DNA of 64,000 nucleotides from an uncultured Candidatus Saccharibacteria bacterium (GTDB lineage: Bacteria; Patescibacteriota; WWE3; 2-01-FULL-39-13), in contig OZ246395.1 of the NCBI GenBank assembly GCA_965230915.1, positions 664,935-728,934 of the forward strand, written 5' to 3'. A program made the translations under genes and the position numbers. Under the pieces are notes generated by a model. The model saw nothing but the letters and a program-made list of their open reading frames with translations. It made no database searches and was not told where the DNA came from. This document shows, one piece after another, positions 41,076 through 51,031 of this stretch. Position 1 is the first letter of the stretch; the number at the start of each line of letters is the position of its first letter.

Positions 41076-42377
41076 ATGAAATTCCCATATGAATATTACA
41101 CTCTCAAAAATGGCTTGAGAGTTTTTTTAATGCCAAGCGATGCGGTAAGTTCGGCGACTGTTCTTGCGATGGTAAAAAGTGGATCAGCTAATGAAACTGA
41201 TGAAGAACAAGGTATTTCTCACTTAATAGAACATGTTTCGTTAACCGCGCTAAAAAGTTGGCCGACCAAAGAAATTTTAAACGAATCTGCCGAGTTACTC
41301 GGAGCACGCTTTAATGCATCAACGAGCCTTCAAGTTGTTAATTATCACATAAACATTCCATATACTAACGTTGATTTTGGGGTTCGATTTATTTATGAAA
41401 CTTTATACGAATGCACACTTAATGACGAATATATCGAACAAGAAAGAAAAATTATCCTAGATGAAATATCAAAGGTCGAAGATTCAGTCCATTATCAAAA
41501 CAATAAATTTATTTGGGATTCATTATCAGAAAAACATTCGGGCTACACAAGACCTATTGGTGGAACACAAGAATCTGTAAAAAGCTTTACATTAGATCAA
41601 GTAAAAAACTATTACAAAAAAATGCATAGTCCAAATAAAGTTTTGATTTCTGTAGTAGGTAATTTCGATATAGAAAAAGTAAAAAAGCAAATAGAATATT
41701 TATTCGAAAGTATAGAAATAACTGATGAATTGCAGAATTACCCAGATGACTCATTTAAATCAGGCGTTATAAAAACAAAAAAATCCAAAAAGTCAGATCT
41801 TGTAATGACAACTTTAGAAATGCCCTCCCTTTCATTTTATGAACACGACGAAAAGGAAGCTAATTACATGATTCTGATCGAATCAATTTTATGTGGACCT
41901 ATGTCTAGTCGACTTACAAAAAGACTTAGGGAAAAAGAAAACCTCCTTTATCATATAAATGCTGGTATCGCTTCACTACAAACATTTGGACACAGTTATG
42001 TAGAATATGATATCCCACCGCAATTATTCGAAAAAACATTAAAAATAGTAATTGAAGAACTTGAAAAATTTTATACTAACGGTGCAACAGAAAAAGAACT
42101 CGCTCATTATAAAGAATATTTAAATAATAGAATTCTAATTAGCCATGATACTGTTTACCAATACTCAGCACCAATTCGCGCGGATCTTTTCTGGGGAAGA
42201 AAAGTGCTAGATCTAGATGGAGTAATAAATTCTATTAAGAACGTCGAGATACATGAAATCAATCAATTGATAAAAAAAGCTATGAATATAAATAAGCTCA
42301 ATGGCTTAGCTTTTGGAAACGTAAACGATGAAACTGAAGCGACCATGAAAAAAATTCTTGAGAAATACCTGAAATAA
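41076..42377 (+). CDS. M16 (pitrilysin/insulinase) family peptidase
   Basis: LKNGL, GISHLIEH (HxxEH), NAST, SSRL..RLRE..NLLY. Confidence 0.9.
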   Translation: MKFPYEYYTLKNGLRVFLMPSDAVSSATVLAMVKSGSANETDEEQGISHLIEHVSLTALKSWPTKEILNESAELLGARFNASTSLQVVNYHINIPYTNVDFGVRFIYETLYECTLNDEYIEQERKIILDEISKVEDSVHYQNNKFIWDSLSEKHSGYTRPIGGTQESVKSFTLDQVKNYYKKMHSPNKVLISVVGNFDIEKVKKQIEYLFESIEITDELQNYPDDSFKSGVIKTKKSKKSDLVMTTLEMPSLSFYEHDEKEANYMILIESILCGPMSSRLTKRLREKENLLYHINAGIASLQTFGHSYVEYDIPPQLFEKTLKIVIEELEKFYTNGATEKELAHYKEYLNNRILISHDTVYQYSAPIRADLFWGRKVLDLDGVINSIKNVEIHEINQLIKKAMNINKLNGLAFGNVNDETEATMKKILEKYLK

Positions 42378-42436
42378 CTTAACAGTATTTCAAGGTCTAT
42401 TGAATTTTCAAACGTAAATAGTATAAAAGAAATAAG

Positions 42437-43564
42437 GTGCTTAAATTAAAATTATCTCATTGGGTATATAAAAACGTATTAAAGCCTGTATTTTTCTCAC
42501 AAGATCCTGAAAAGATTCATAATTTAATATCAAAGATTGGTGAATTTTTAGGCAGATATAAATTATTAAAACATCTTACATCTACGCTTATAAAATATGA
42601 CAATCCATTATTACAACAAAATCTGATCGGTATTAAGTTCGAAAACCCGATCGGTCTATCTGCAGGATTTGACTACGACGGACATATGGCGGAAATACTT
42701 CCACATGTTGGCTTTGGGTTTAATACCGTGGGTACAGTTACAGCAAAACCATATGAAGGCAATAAACCTCCTCGTTTAAAGCGCCTGCCAAAATCAAAAT
42801 CGCTACTAGTAAACAAAGGCTTTAAGTCCGATGGTGTCGATGCGATTATAAAAAGATTACGCAGTAAAAACTTAGATAAAAATACTCTCGGCATTAGTGT
42901 TGGTAGCTCAAATATTTCTGAGATAAATACAATTGAACAAGCGATCTCAGATTATTGTGAAAGTTTTCAAAAATTAAAAAACGAGAGTTATATAAAATAT
43001 TTTGAATTAAATATAAGCTGTCCTAATACTGCTTTAACTGAAGGATTCGGAAATAAAAATAATCTCAACTTGCTTTTGACTAATATAAATAAGTTGAAAA
43101 TTGAAAAACCAATTTTCATAAAGATGGCTAATGAGTTGAGTATTGAAACAACAGAACAACTTATTGAGACTGCTTTAAACTTTATCGAAATAAAAGGGTT
43201 CATATTTTCAAATTTGGTCAAAGATAGAACTAATGAAAATTTTGATAAAGATGAAATTCAATCAATGGAAGATTTCAAAGGTAATTTTAGTGGAAAGCCA
43301 ACTTATGAAAATTCAAATAAGCTAATTTCAAATATTTATAAAAAATATGGCAAACGAACTTTACTAATTGGTTGCGGCGGAGTCTTCTCTGCCGAAGACG
43401 CATACGAAAAGATCAAAAGTGGAGCATCGCTAGTACAACTTATTACCGGCATGATTTACGAAGGTCCACAATTGATAGGGGAAATTAATGAAGGTCTGGT
43501 TGAGCTACTAAAACAAGATGGCTTTCAAAATATTTCAGAAGCTGTCGGCAAATATCACGCATAA
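42437..43564 (+). CDS. pyrD: Dihydroorotate dehydrogenase (class 2-like)
   Basis: DPEKIH N-terminal helices, NPIGLSAGFD, GNKPPRL, NISCPN, IGCGGV, GASLVQL. Confidence 0.9.
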   Translation: MLKLKLSHWVYKNVLKPVFFSQDPEKIHNLISKIGEFLGRYKLLKHLTSTLIKYDNPLLQQNLIGIKFENPIGLSAGFDYDGHMAEILPHVGFGFNTVGTVTAKPYEGNKPPRLKRLPKSKSLLVNKGFKSDGVDAIIKRLRSKNLDKNTLGISVGSSNISEINTIEQAISDYCESFQKLKNESYIKYFELNISCPNTALTEGFGNKNNLNLLLTNINKLKIEKPIFIKMANELSIETTEQLIETALNFIEIKGFIFSNLVKDRTNENFDKDEIQSMEDFKGNFSGKPTYENSNKLISNIYKKYGKRTLLIGCGGVFSAEDAYEKIKSGASLVQLITGMIYEGPQLIGEINEGLVELLKQDGFQNISEAVGKYHA

Positions 43565-43578
43565 CCTAAATATAAATA

Positions 43579-46116
43579 TTAGTTTTTCCCATGACAGTTC
43601 TTAAATTTCTTTCCGCTACCGCAAGGGCATGGATCGTTTCTTCCAACCTTTTCGCCTTTAACAATTGGCATATGATTTTCCTTTTTGACTTCTTCGATTT
43701 CTTCGCCGACTCCACTTTCTAATTTGCCGGCTTCGTATTGAACATTTGTAGAATCAACAGCTTGTTCAATCGGACGATTTTCTACTATATTAACTTCAAC
43801 TTTTGTTAATCGGTCAGCAACTGTTGACCATGTTTCATTTAATAATTTTTCGAATAAATCTTTTCCATCACGGCGATATTCAACTAGTGGGTCGGACTGA
43901 CCATAACTTCGCAATTTAACTCCTTCGCGCAAATCATCCATTGTATCGATATGATCCATCCATAGTAAATCTATCGTCTCTAATGCAACACGCTTTTCAA
44001 CTTCAAACCAAATATCGTCTCCGTATTTTTTGCGTTGTGCGTTGATTGTTTTTTGAGAATCTTCATCCAATGAAAGTTTTGATTCTATCCATGAAAAGAA
44101 TTCTTCTTTTTCTTCAATTTTTGATTGTAAAATATTTCTTCTAAGAGAATAAATTGTCTCACGTTGTACATTAACAACGTCATCAAATTCAACAACATTT
44201 CTTCTAGAATCAAAATTCATAGATTCAACTTTCTTTTGTGCATTTTCAATTGATGCAGAAATAAGGCCTGCTTCAATCGGAGTGTTTTCATCTACACCTA
44301 ATCGTCCCATCAAAGCTTCAATTCTTTCTCCTCCAAAAATGCGCAATAAATCATCTTGTAATGATAAAAAGAATCTGGATTCTCCAGGATCTCCTTGACG
44401 ACCTGACCGACCACGAAGCTGGTTATCTATACGACGGGATTCGTGGCGCTCAGTACCAATTACATAAAGTCCTCCTAAATTCACGATCTCATCATAAGCC
44501 TCTTTATTAAATGGATCTCCCCCTAAAATAATGTCGACACCGCGTCCAGCCATATTTGTCGCAACTGTAACTGAATTTTTCTTTCCAGCCTGAGAAATTA
44601 CTTGAGCTTCTTTCTCATTTTGTTTAGCATTTAAAATTTCATGTGGAATTTTCAAGCGTTTCAGAAAGTTTGATAATAGTTGTGATTTTTCAACTGAAGT
44701 AGTACCAATTAAAACAGGCTGGCCATTCTTATATCTTTCTGCGATTTCATTTGCAGCAGCGCGATATTTAGCAGATTCAGTTTTATATACTAAATCGGTT
44801 TTATCAAGTCTTTGAACAGCCCTAAAAGTTGGAATCGACACAACATCTAGTGAATACATCTTAAAAAACTCTTCGGCTTCTGTTGCAGCAGTTCCGGTCA
44901 TACCTGCTAACTTTTCGTACAATCTAAAATAATTTTGATATGAAATAGTAGCCACCGTCTTTGACTCGGCTTCAATTGTTACACCCTCTTTTGCCTCAAT
45001 TGCTTGGTGTAACCCATTACTCCAACGATTGCCCATTAATAAACGGCCTGTGTTTTGGTCAACAATTATTACTTTTCCATTTTGCACAACATAATCTCGA
45101 TCCTTTTCATACAACGCTTTTGCACGAACTGCATTTTCTACATGATGCACAGTCTGAAAATCATTTTCGTATAAATTCTTAACGCCTAGTTTTCTTTCGA
45201 CTTTTGAAATTCCCAGTTCAGTCAAGGTTACGATTTTATATTTTTCGTCAACATCGTAATCGGTTTTCTTCACCAATGTATTGGCAAGTTCTGCAAACTG
45301 ATAATACTTTTGGGAACTTTCCTGTTGCGGCTGAGAAATAATAAGTGGAGTTCTAGCAACATCAATTAAAACAGAGTCGACTTCATCGACAATCGCAAAA
45401 TTGTGTGCACCTAGTTCTGAGTTAGGATTTGTCTGAATAATCTGCGCTAAATCAACACGCATATTATCCCACAAGTAATCGAAACCAAATTGGCTGTTAG
45501 TCCCATATGTAATATCAGCCTGATATGCTTCTTTTCGTGTTGATGATTTTAAATGTTTCGAATATTCATCAATAATTTCTTCATTTGAATATTCAGGGTC
45601 ATATATAAATTGGGCATGATCAATTACAACTCCAACCTTTAAACCTAAATAAGTATAAAGAGGACCATACCAACCAGCTCCATGTTTAGACAAATAATCA
45701 TTTGGAGTGACCAAATGGACTCCGCGACCTGTTAGTGAATTTAAATAAAGGGGTAGGGTAGCTGTTAAAGTTTTTCCCTCTCCAGTTTTTTGTTCTGCAA
45801 TCTTGCCTTGATGCAAAACAATACCAGCCATTAATTGAACATCACGATGACGCTGTTTCATAACACGTTTAGAAGCCTCACGAACAATCGCATACGCTTC
45901 CGGAAGAATCTCATCAAGAATTTCTTGCCTTTCCTCCTTTGTTATGGCATCGCGTCGTAATCTATTTTGCCATTCAAAAGTCTTATTCTTAATTTCTTCG
46001 GCGGATAATTTTTCAAACTCAGATTCAAGATCATTTATCTTTTTAATTATTGGATCGATTTTGGAAATTTTATATTCGTTGCTATTTGTAAGCCTGCCCA
46101 ATATACCTTTTAACAT
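43579..46116 (-). CDS. secA: Preprotein translocase ATPase SecA
   Basis: TGEGKTL, VDEVDS, GMTGTA, NMAGRG, QLRGRSGRQGDPG, C-terminal CPCGSGKKFKNCH. Confidence 0.97.
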   Translation of the reverse strand: MLKGILGRLTNSNEYKISKIDPIIKKINDLESEFEKLSAEEIKNKTFEWQNRLRRDAITKEERQEILDEILPEAYAIVREASKRVMKQRHRDVQLMAGIVLHQGKIAEQKTGEGKTLTATLPLYLNSLTGRGVHLVTPNDYLSKHGAGWYGPLYTYLGLKVGVVIDHAQFIYDPEYSNEEIIDEYSKHLKSSTRKEAYQADITYGTNSQFGFDYLWDNMRVDLAQIIQTNPNSELGAHNFAIVDEVDSVLIDVARTPLIISQPQQESSQKYYQFAELANTLVKKTDYDVDEKYKIVTLTELGISKVERKLGVKNLYENDFQTVHHVENAVRAKALYEKDRDYVVQNGKVIIVDQNTGRLLMGNRWSNGLHQAIEAKEGVTIEAESKTVATISYQNYFRLYEKLAGMTGTAATEAEEFFKMYSLDVVSIPTFRAVQRLDKTDLVYKTESAKYRAAANEIAERYKNGQPVLIGTTSVEKSQLLSNFLKRLKIPHEILNAKQNEKEAQVISQAGKKNSVTVATNMAGRGVDIILGGDPFNKEAYDEIVNLGGLYVIGTERHESRRIDNQLRGRSGRQGDPGESRFFLSLQDDLLRIFGGERIEALMGRLGVDENTPIEAGLISASIENAQKKVESMNFDSRRNVVEFDDVVNVQRETIYSLRRNILQSKIEEKEEFFSWIESKLSLDEDSQKTINAQRKKYGDDIWFEVEKRVALETIDLLWMDHIDTMDDLREGVKLRSYGQSDPLVEYRRDGKDLFEKLLNETWSTVADRLTKVEVNIVENRPIEQAVDSTNVQYEAGKLESGVGEEIEEVKKENHMPIVKGEKVGRNDPCPCGSGKKFKNCHGKN

Positions 46117-46243
46117 TATGCATTATAAAGTTGCACTTAAATAAAACATCACTTTAAATATAAAGTTTATTCTAGTGCCAACTTATGGCTAAACTCTGAA
46201 ATGTCTAATTAAACTATAATAGGCATTTTATTGCCTTCTGCCA

Positions 46244-47083
46244 TTATAGCACTCGGCTCAAGGATATGATGATTATTCCAACGATTATTCGATAGATAAT
46301 AAATACCATTAGGCCATGCTTTCTTAAAAAATTTAATAAAAATTTAATTACAAGGATCCCTACTATAAACGAAGTTAAAAAGCCCACAGCTAACGGAAGA
46401 TTTCCAACAGGTGAACTTAACATGTCCGGTAATTCTAAAGCGCCCGCTGCAAGTATTAGAGGAGTCGATAACAAAAATGAAAATTTTGCAGCAGTTGAAT
46501 AATCGATTTTCCCGAAAAGTGAAGTTGAGATTGTTATACCCGATCTCGAAGTCCCAGGGAATAAAGCTAAAATCTGTGAGCTAGAGATTATTAAAGTTTT
46601 TATAAATGGAATATTTAAAATATCATGTTCTAGAAATGCTTTGTTCGATCTCGCATACATATCCGCCAAAAACATTATGATGCTTATTACAATAAACATT
46701 ATTCCTACAAATAGGGCAGATCTGAAGTTTTCTTCTATAAAATCTTTTAAAAGAAGTCCCGCAATACCGACTGGTATACAAGCAATTATTATATAGACAA
46801 GCATTTTTGTTTCGCGTCGTAATGTTACCCAGTCAAATTTTCTTGAAATAATCACACCATGCATATCCATAAAGAATGCGACAATCATTTCGTACCAATC
46901 TTTCCAGAAAAAAAGTAGGACAGCCAAAGCTGTACCGAGGTGCAACGCTACATCAAAGCTTAGATCTTGAAGCGGCCAACTTAATAAATATGGAATTAAA
47001 ATTAAATGGCCTGACGATGAGATAGGTAAAAATTCTGTAATTCCCTGAACAATACCAAGTACAAATGCTTGAATAAGTGTCAT
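46244..47083 (-). CDS. uppP: Undecaprenyl-diphosphatase UppP/BacA
   Basis: QGITEFLPISSSGH, HLGT, PGTSRSG, FSFLL. Confidence 0.95.
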   Translation of the reverse strand: MTLIQAFVLGIVQGITEFLPISSSGHLILIPYLLSWPLQDLSFDVALHLGTALAVLLFFWKDWYEMIVAFFMDMHGVIISRKFDWVTLRRETKMLVYIIIACIPVGIAGLLLKDFIEENFRSALFVGIMFIVISIIMFLADMYARSNKAFLEHDILNIPFIKTLIISSSQILALFPGTSRSGITISTSLFGKIDYSTAAKFSFLLSTPLILAAGALELPDMLSSPVGNLPLAVGFLTSFIVGILVIKFLLNFLRKHGLMVFIIYRIIVGIIIISLSRVL

Positions 47084-47589
47084 TTAATTTTCCTCCCAGA
47101 GATGTCGTAAAACATAAATACTAAAGTAACCAAATAGCCTAGTACAATTCCCGCAGAAACATCTGTCCATGTGTGCGCCTTAAGCACAACTCTCAGCCAC
47201 ATTACGATAAGCCCTAATATAATTACAACTAAACATTTTAGCCCTTCTATTGTTGTAAAACCTTTTTTCACCGCCTCCCCTATTTCTGCAAAATTTTTCA
47301 GGGGAGTATGACAAATTAACAAGTAGAAAAATATTACACATGCTGCCGTTGCGGAATGGGTTGATGGGAATCCACTTCCTTCAAAAACAAACTCAGAAAT
47401 TGGCCTTGGAGCATTAACAACATACTTTATAAATCCTGATATGCTTGAAACTAAAACCAATGCAATTCCAAAATCGAGTAAGCGAGTTGGCTTAAAATAA
47501 TAAATAAATATCCCGACTAAAAATATAAGTGACAGTAATAAAAATCTATCGATTTGGAATAAAAATGGCAGGTACGAAATTAACGTCAT
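47080..47589 (-). CDS. PAP2-family phosphatase
   Basis: K-x5-PRP, FPSTH, R-x5-H..DV motifs. Confidence 0.85.
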   Translation of the reverse strand: MTLISYLPFLFQIDRFLLLSLIFLVGIFIYYFKPTRLLDFGIALVLVSSISGFIKYVVNAPRPISEFVFEGSGFPSTHSATAACVIFFYLLICHTPLKNFAEIGEAVKKGFTTIEGLKCLVVIILGLIVMWLRVVLKAHTWTDVSAGIVLGYLVTLVFMFYDISGRKIK

Positions 47590-47593
47590 ATAA

Positions 47594-48871
47594 TTAGTTT
47601 TCTTTCTCGATCTTGTCGAAACCAGTATATTTTCTTAAGACTTCCGGAACGGTAATTGATCCATCTTCATTCTGATAATTTTCTAAAACTGCTGCCAATA
47701 ATCTTGGAGTTGCCGCGACAGTATTATTTAATGTGTAAACATATTTTGTTTCTCCATCTTTTGCACGATATCTCATATTTAAGCGACGTGCCTGAAAATC
47801 ATTAAAGTATGAATCAGAATGTGTTTCTCGATATTTATCTTGTGACGGAAACCAAGTTTCAACGTCATATTTTTTTCGCTGACCGGCACCCATGTCTCCA
47901 GTACACATTAATAGAACCTGATAACTTAGGCCCAAACCTTTTAACACATTTTCTGCATAACCAAGCATTTTATCGTGCCATTCTCTTGATAACATTTCAT
48001 CAGCTGGAAGTAATACAACCTGTTCTACTTTATTAAAGTAATGAATTCTAAAAACACCGCGTGTATCTTTTCCGTGGCTCCCGACCTCGCGTCTAAAACA
48101 TGGAGACTGCCCAACCATTAAAATCGGCAAATCTTTTTCATCTAAAGTTTCATTGGCATGATATGCAGTCAGTGAAACTTCCGCAGTTCCAACTAAACCT
48201 TGATCGTCTTGTGTGTAATAGTGATCTTCTTCACCCCACGGAAAATACCCGGTGCCTAATAACCATTCTTTATTTACCATTACCGGAACTGACATTGGCT
48301 TAAACCCCTGTGAAATCATGTAATCGAGTGCGTATCTTAATATTGCCTGCTCTAAAATCATCCCTTTTCCGACTAAAAAGTATCCGCGAAAACCTGCGAC
48401 TTTAGAACCGCGTTCGGTATCAATAATTCCCAAATTTTCAGCCAAGGTTAAGTGATCTTTTGCTTCAAATGGTAATTTATTTGGTTTTCCTTCCACTTTT
48501 ATGATTTTATTTTCACTCTCATCTTTTCCGATTGGAACATCTTCTGCTGGAGGATTCGGAACCCAGATTAATAATTCATCTAAAGATGCTTTGTCCTCGC
48601 GTAATTTTTCTTCGAGCTCTTTTACTTTTGGCTTTATCTCTGATGACTGTTGAATAAATGGCTCGCGTTCTTCTTTTGATTTTGAGGTTTTAATTTTTTC
48701 ATCCAGGTCATTTCGCTGTGCACGTAAATTATCAAGTTCAACTGTAGTTTCACGAACAGCTTTATCAATTTGTAAAATCAAATCGATATCTACAGTTCCT
48801 TGTAATTGTTTATTTTTAATCGCTTCTTTTATTTTGTCGGGATTTTCCCTTATGAATTTTATATCTAACAT
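47594..48871 (-). CDS. serS: Serine--tRNA ligase
   Basis: MLDIKFIR, N-terminal coiled coil, GTAEV, FRRE, TLNNT. Confidence 0.96.
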   Translation of the reverse strand: MLDIKFIRENPDKIKEAIKNKQLQGTVDIDLILQIDKAVRETTVELDNLRAQRNDLDEKIKTSKSKEEREPFIQQSSEIKPKVKELEEKLREDKASLDELLIWVPNPPAEDVPIGKDESENKIIKVEGKPNKLPFEAKDHLTLAENLGIIDTERGSKVAGFRGYFLVGKGMILEQAILRYALDYMISQGFKPMSVPVMVNKEWLLGTGYFPWGEEDHYYTQDDQGLVGTAEVSLTAYHANETLDEKDLPILMVGQSPCFRREVGSHGKDTRGVFRIHYFNKVEQVVLLPADEMLSREWHDKMLGYAENVLKGLGLSYQVLLMCTGDMGAGQRKKYDVETWFPSQDKYRETHSDSYFNDFQARRLNMRYRAKDGETKYVYTLNNTVAATPRLLAAVLENYQNEDGSITVPEVLRKYTGFDKIEKEN

Positions 48872-48875
48872 TTTT

Positions 48876-49469
48876 TTATATACCTAATTGTTCGTGGTTT
48901 TCTTTCATAGAGTTTAGTACAACTTCCATAAAAGTATCCAACGGAATATTTAACTTTTCTTCTACTTGCTCGGTTTGCTCTCGAATAACTCCACGTGCAA
49001 AAGCTTTTTCTTTCCATCTTTTTTTCATAAATTGAAGGTCAACCGGATCCAATTTTTTAGTTGAACCAATAAGTGCACATGCAACAATAAAACCGGTTAA
49101 TTCATCGCAACACTCTAAAGCCCATTCCATTTGAGTTTCAGGTTCTCGTAAATTTGTGCGTTTTGTATTGTGCGACTGAATTGCTTTATACAACGCGTCA
49201 TCTTCTGAAACACCATTTTCTTTTAGCCATGCTAATTCTAATAAAGTATGCTGTTCCCAGTCATCTTTTGTAATTTCATAATCTGCGTCGTGTAAAATTC
49301 CAAGAACTTCCCAAGTCTCGCGATCGGGAGCATCAGCGTTTAATTTGTTTTCGCGTTCTAGATAATCTCGAATTCCGACAAGTGCAATTCCAACTGCATA
49401 ACAATGCTTTCGTAAATTAGGAGACTGCATATTTTTATGTAATATTTCAAGTGCGCGGTCTTTATTCAT
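48876..49469 (-). CDS. HD-superfamily predicted hydrolase (COG2316-like)
   Basis: NLRKH, LHDADYE, SHN, DELTGFI, KAFARGV.R. Confidence 0.85.
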   Translation of the reverse strand: MNKDRALEILHKNMQSPNLRKHCYAVGIALVGIRDYLERENKLNADAPDRETWEVLGILHDADYEITKDDWEQHTLLELAWLKENGVSEDDALYKAIQSHNTKRTNLREPETQMEWALECCDELTGFIVACALIGSTKKLDPVDLQFMKKRWKEKAFARGVIREQTEQVEEKLNIPLDTFMEVVLNSMKENHEQLGI

Positions 49470-50970
49470 CCGTAATATTTTCAGGTCTCAAAAGTGGAAA
49501 CATCACACATTCTCGAACCGACTTATTCATTAAAAATGAAAATAATCTTTCACTGACACCGAATCCAGAAACGGGAGGCATTCCGTATTCTAAAGCACGA
49601 ACAAAATCTTCATCATGCATTTGAGCTTCATCGTCGCCTTTCTCACGTAACTCTTGTTGTTTTTTAAATCTTTCAGCTTGATCTATCGGATCATTAAGCT
49701 CGCTGTATCCGTTTCCTTGTTCGCTTCCTGCAATAATAACCTGATATCTTTCTACAAGTTCTGGCTGTTCTGGATTTCTTTTCGCCAAAGGTGAAACTTC
49801 AACTGGATGCCCCGTTAAAAAAACTGGTCCGGCAATTTTTTTACGAATTGATTTCCACAATGTATCAATTAAGCGACCACGCTCATCTTTAGGATCAAAT
49901 TCTAATTTTAATTCTTTCGCTTTTGCCCGAAGTTCATCTGCAGAAGCAGTCAAAATATCAATGTTCAAGTCATCTAATAGAGTTTGACGATAATCAATTT
50001 TCTTCCAATCACCTTCGAAATTAACTTTGTGGTCTCCAATTTCGAAATCGTATTTCCCAAAAGTTTCATGGATTACAAATTTATACATTTCTTCAACCAA
50101 CTTCATTGAATCTAAATAGTTTGCGTAGGCCCAATAAAATTCCATCTGAGTATAATCCTGCAAATGTTCCCGGCTTATTCCTTCATTTCTAAATTGACGC
50201 CCAAGTTCAAAAGTTTTTTCGAATCCGCCAACCATTAATCTTTTTTGCCAAAGTTCTCCCATCGAAATTCTTAGATATACATCAATATCTAAAGCATTGT
50301 GATGTGTTATGAATGGATTTGCGTCTGCACCGCCTGCTGTATTTTCTAGAACAGGAGTCTCAACTTCTAAAAATCCTTTATTTGACAAAAATTGACGCAT
50401 TGAATTCCAAAATTTAGATTTTCTCACGAACATATCTCGAAGTTCTGGATTCAAATTAAAATCAACATATCTTTGTCTAAATCTTTCTTCTTCGTCTTTT
50501 AATCCGAAATGTTTACTTGGAAGTGGCCTTAATGATTTTGTTAAAAGTTTAATTTCGCCAACTAAAACCGAAATTTCTCCACGCTGAGTTTTTGTAACTG
50601 TTCCAGAAGCCTGAATAAAATCTCCCTGGTCAAGTAAGTGCAAATCTGCAAATCCTAAATTTTGTAATTCTTTATTATGTGGAGCTAAAGTATCTTCTTT
50701 TATGTAAAGTTGAACTGATCCTGAAAAATCTTCAATATTAGAGAAAATTAATTTTCCATGCTCCCGCCAGGACATTATTCGCCCAACAACAGTAACTTCT
50801 TTATTTTCTAATTCGTCGTAATTGGATGTGATTTCTGAAAGGTCGTTAGTTTTTACTGCTTTTGAAGGAAATGGCTCAATGCCCATATCCTTAAGCCTAT
50901 TTAATTTCTCAATTCTAATTTGTCTAAGTTGTTCGAGTGGGAGTTGAGTAACCTCAGAATTTGCTGCCAT
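49462..50970 (-). CDS. lysS: Lysine--tRNA ligase (class II)
   Basis: OB anticodon domain, RQRYVD, GGADANPF, FRNEG, YSELNDP, EYGMPP. Confidence 0.96.
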   Translation of the reverse strand: MAANSEVTQLPLEQLRQIRIEKLNRLKDMGIEPFPSKAVKTNDLSEITSNYDELENKEVTVVGRIMSWREHGKLIFSNIEDFSGSVQLYIKEDTLAPHNKELQNLGFADLHLLDQGDFIQASGTVTKTQRGEISVLVGEIKLLTKSLRPLPSKHFGLKDEEERFRQRYVDFNLNPELRDMFVRKSKFWNSMRQFLSNKGFLEVETPVLENTAGGADANPFITHHNALDIDVYLRISMGELWQKRLMVGGFEKTFELGRQFRNEGISREHLQDYTQMEFYWAYANYLDSMKLVEEMYKFVIHETFGKYDFEIGDHKVNFEGDWKKIDYRQTLLDDLNIDILTASADELRAKAKELKLEFDPKDERGRLIDTLWKSIRKKIAGPVFLTGHPVEVSPLAKRNPEQPELVERYQVIIAGSEQGNGYSELNDPIDQAERFKKQQELREKGDDEAQMHDEDFVRALEYGMPPVSGFGVSERLFSFLMNKSVRECVMFPLLRPENITDE

Positions 50971-51031
50971 AGCAATGATTTTACCACTTCCTAATTAAAA
51001 TCCATACATATAATTGGACCTTTTATGATCT

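Noticed and set aside
46244-47589. Adjacent uppP and PAP2 as a novel system
   Set aside because: Both are well-known lipid-carrier recycling phosphatases, and redundancy between them is ordinary.
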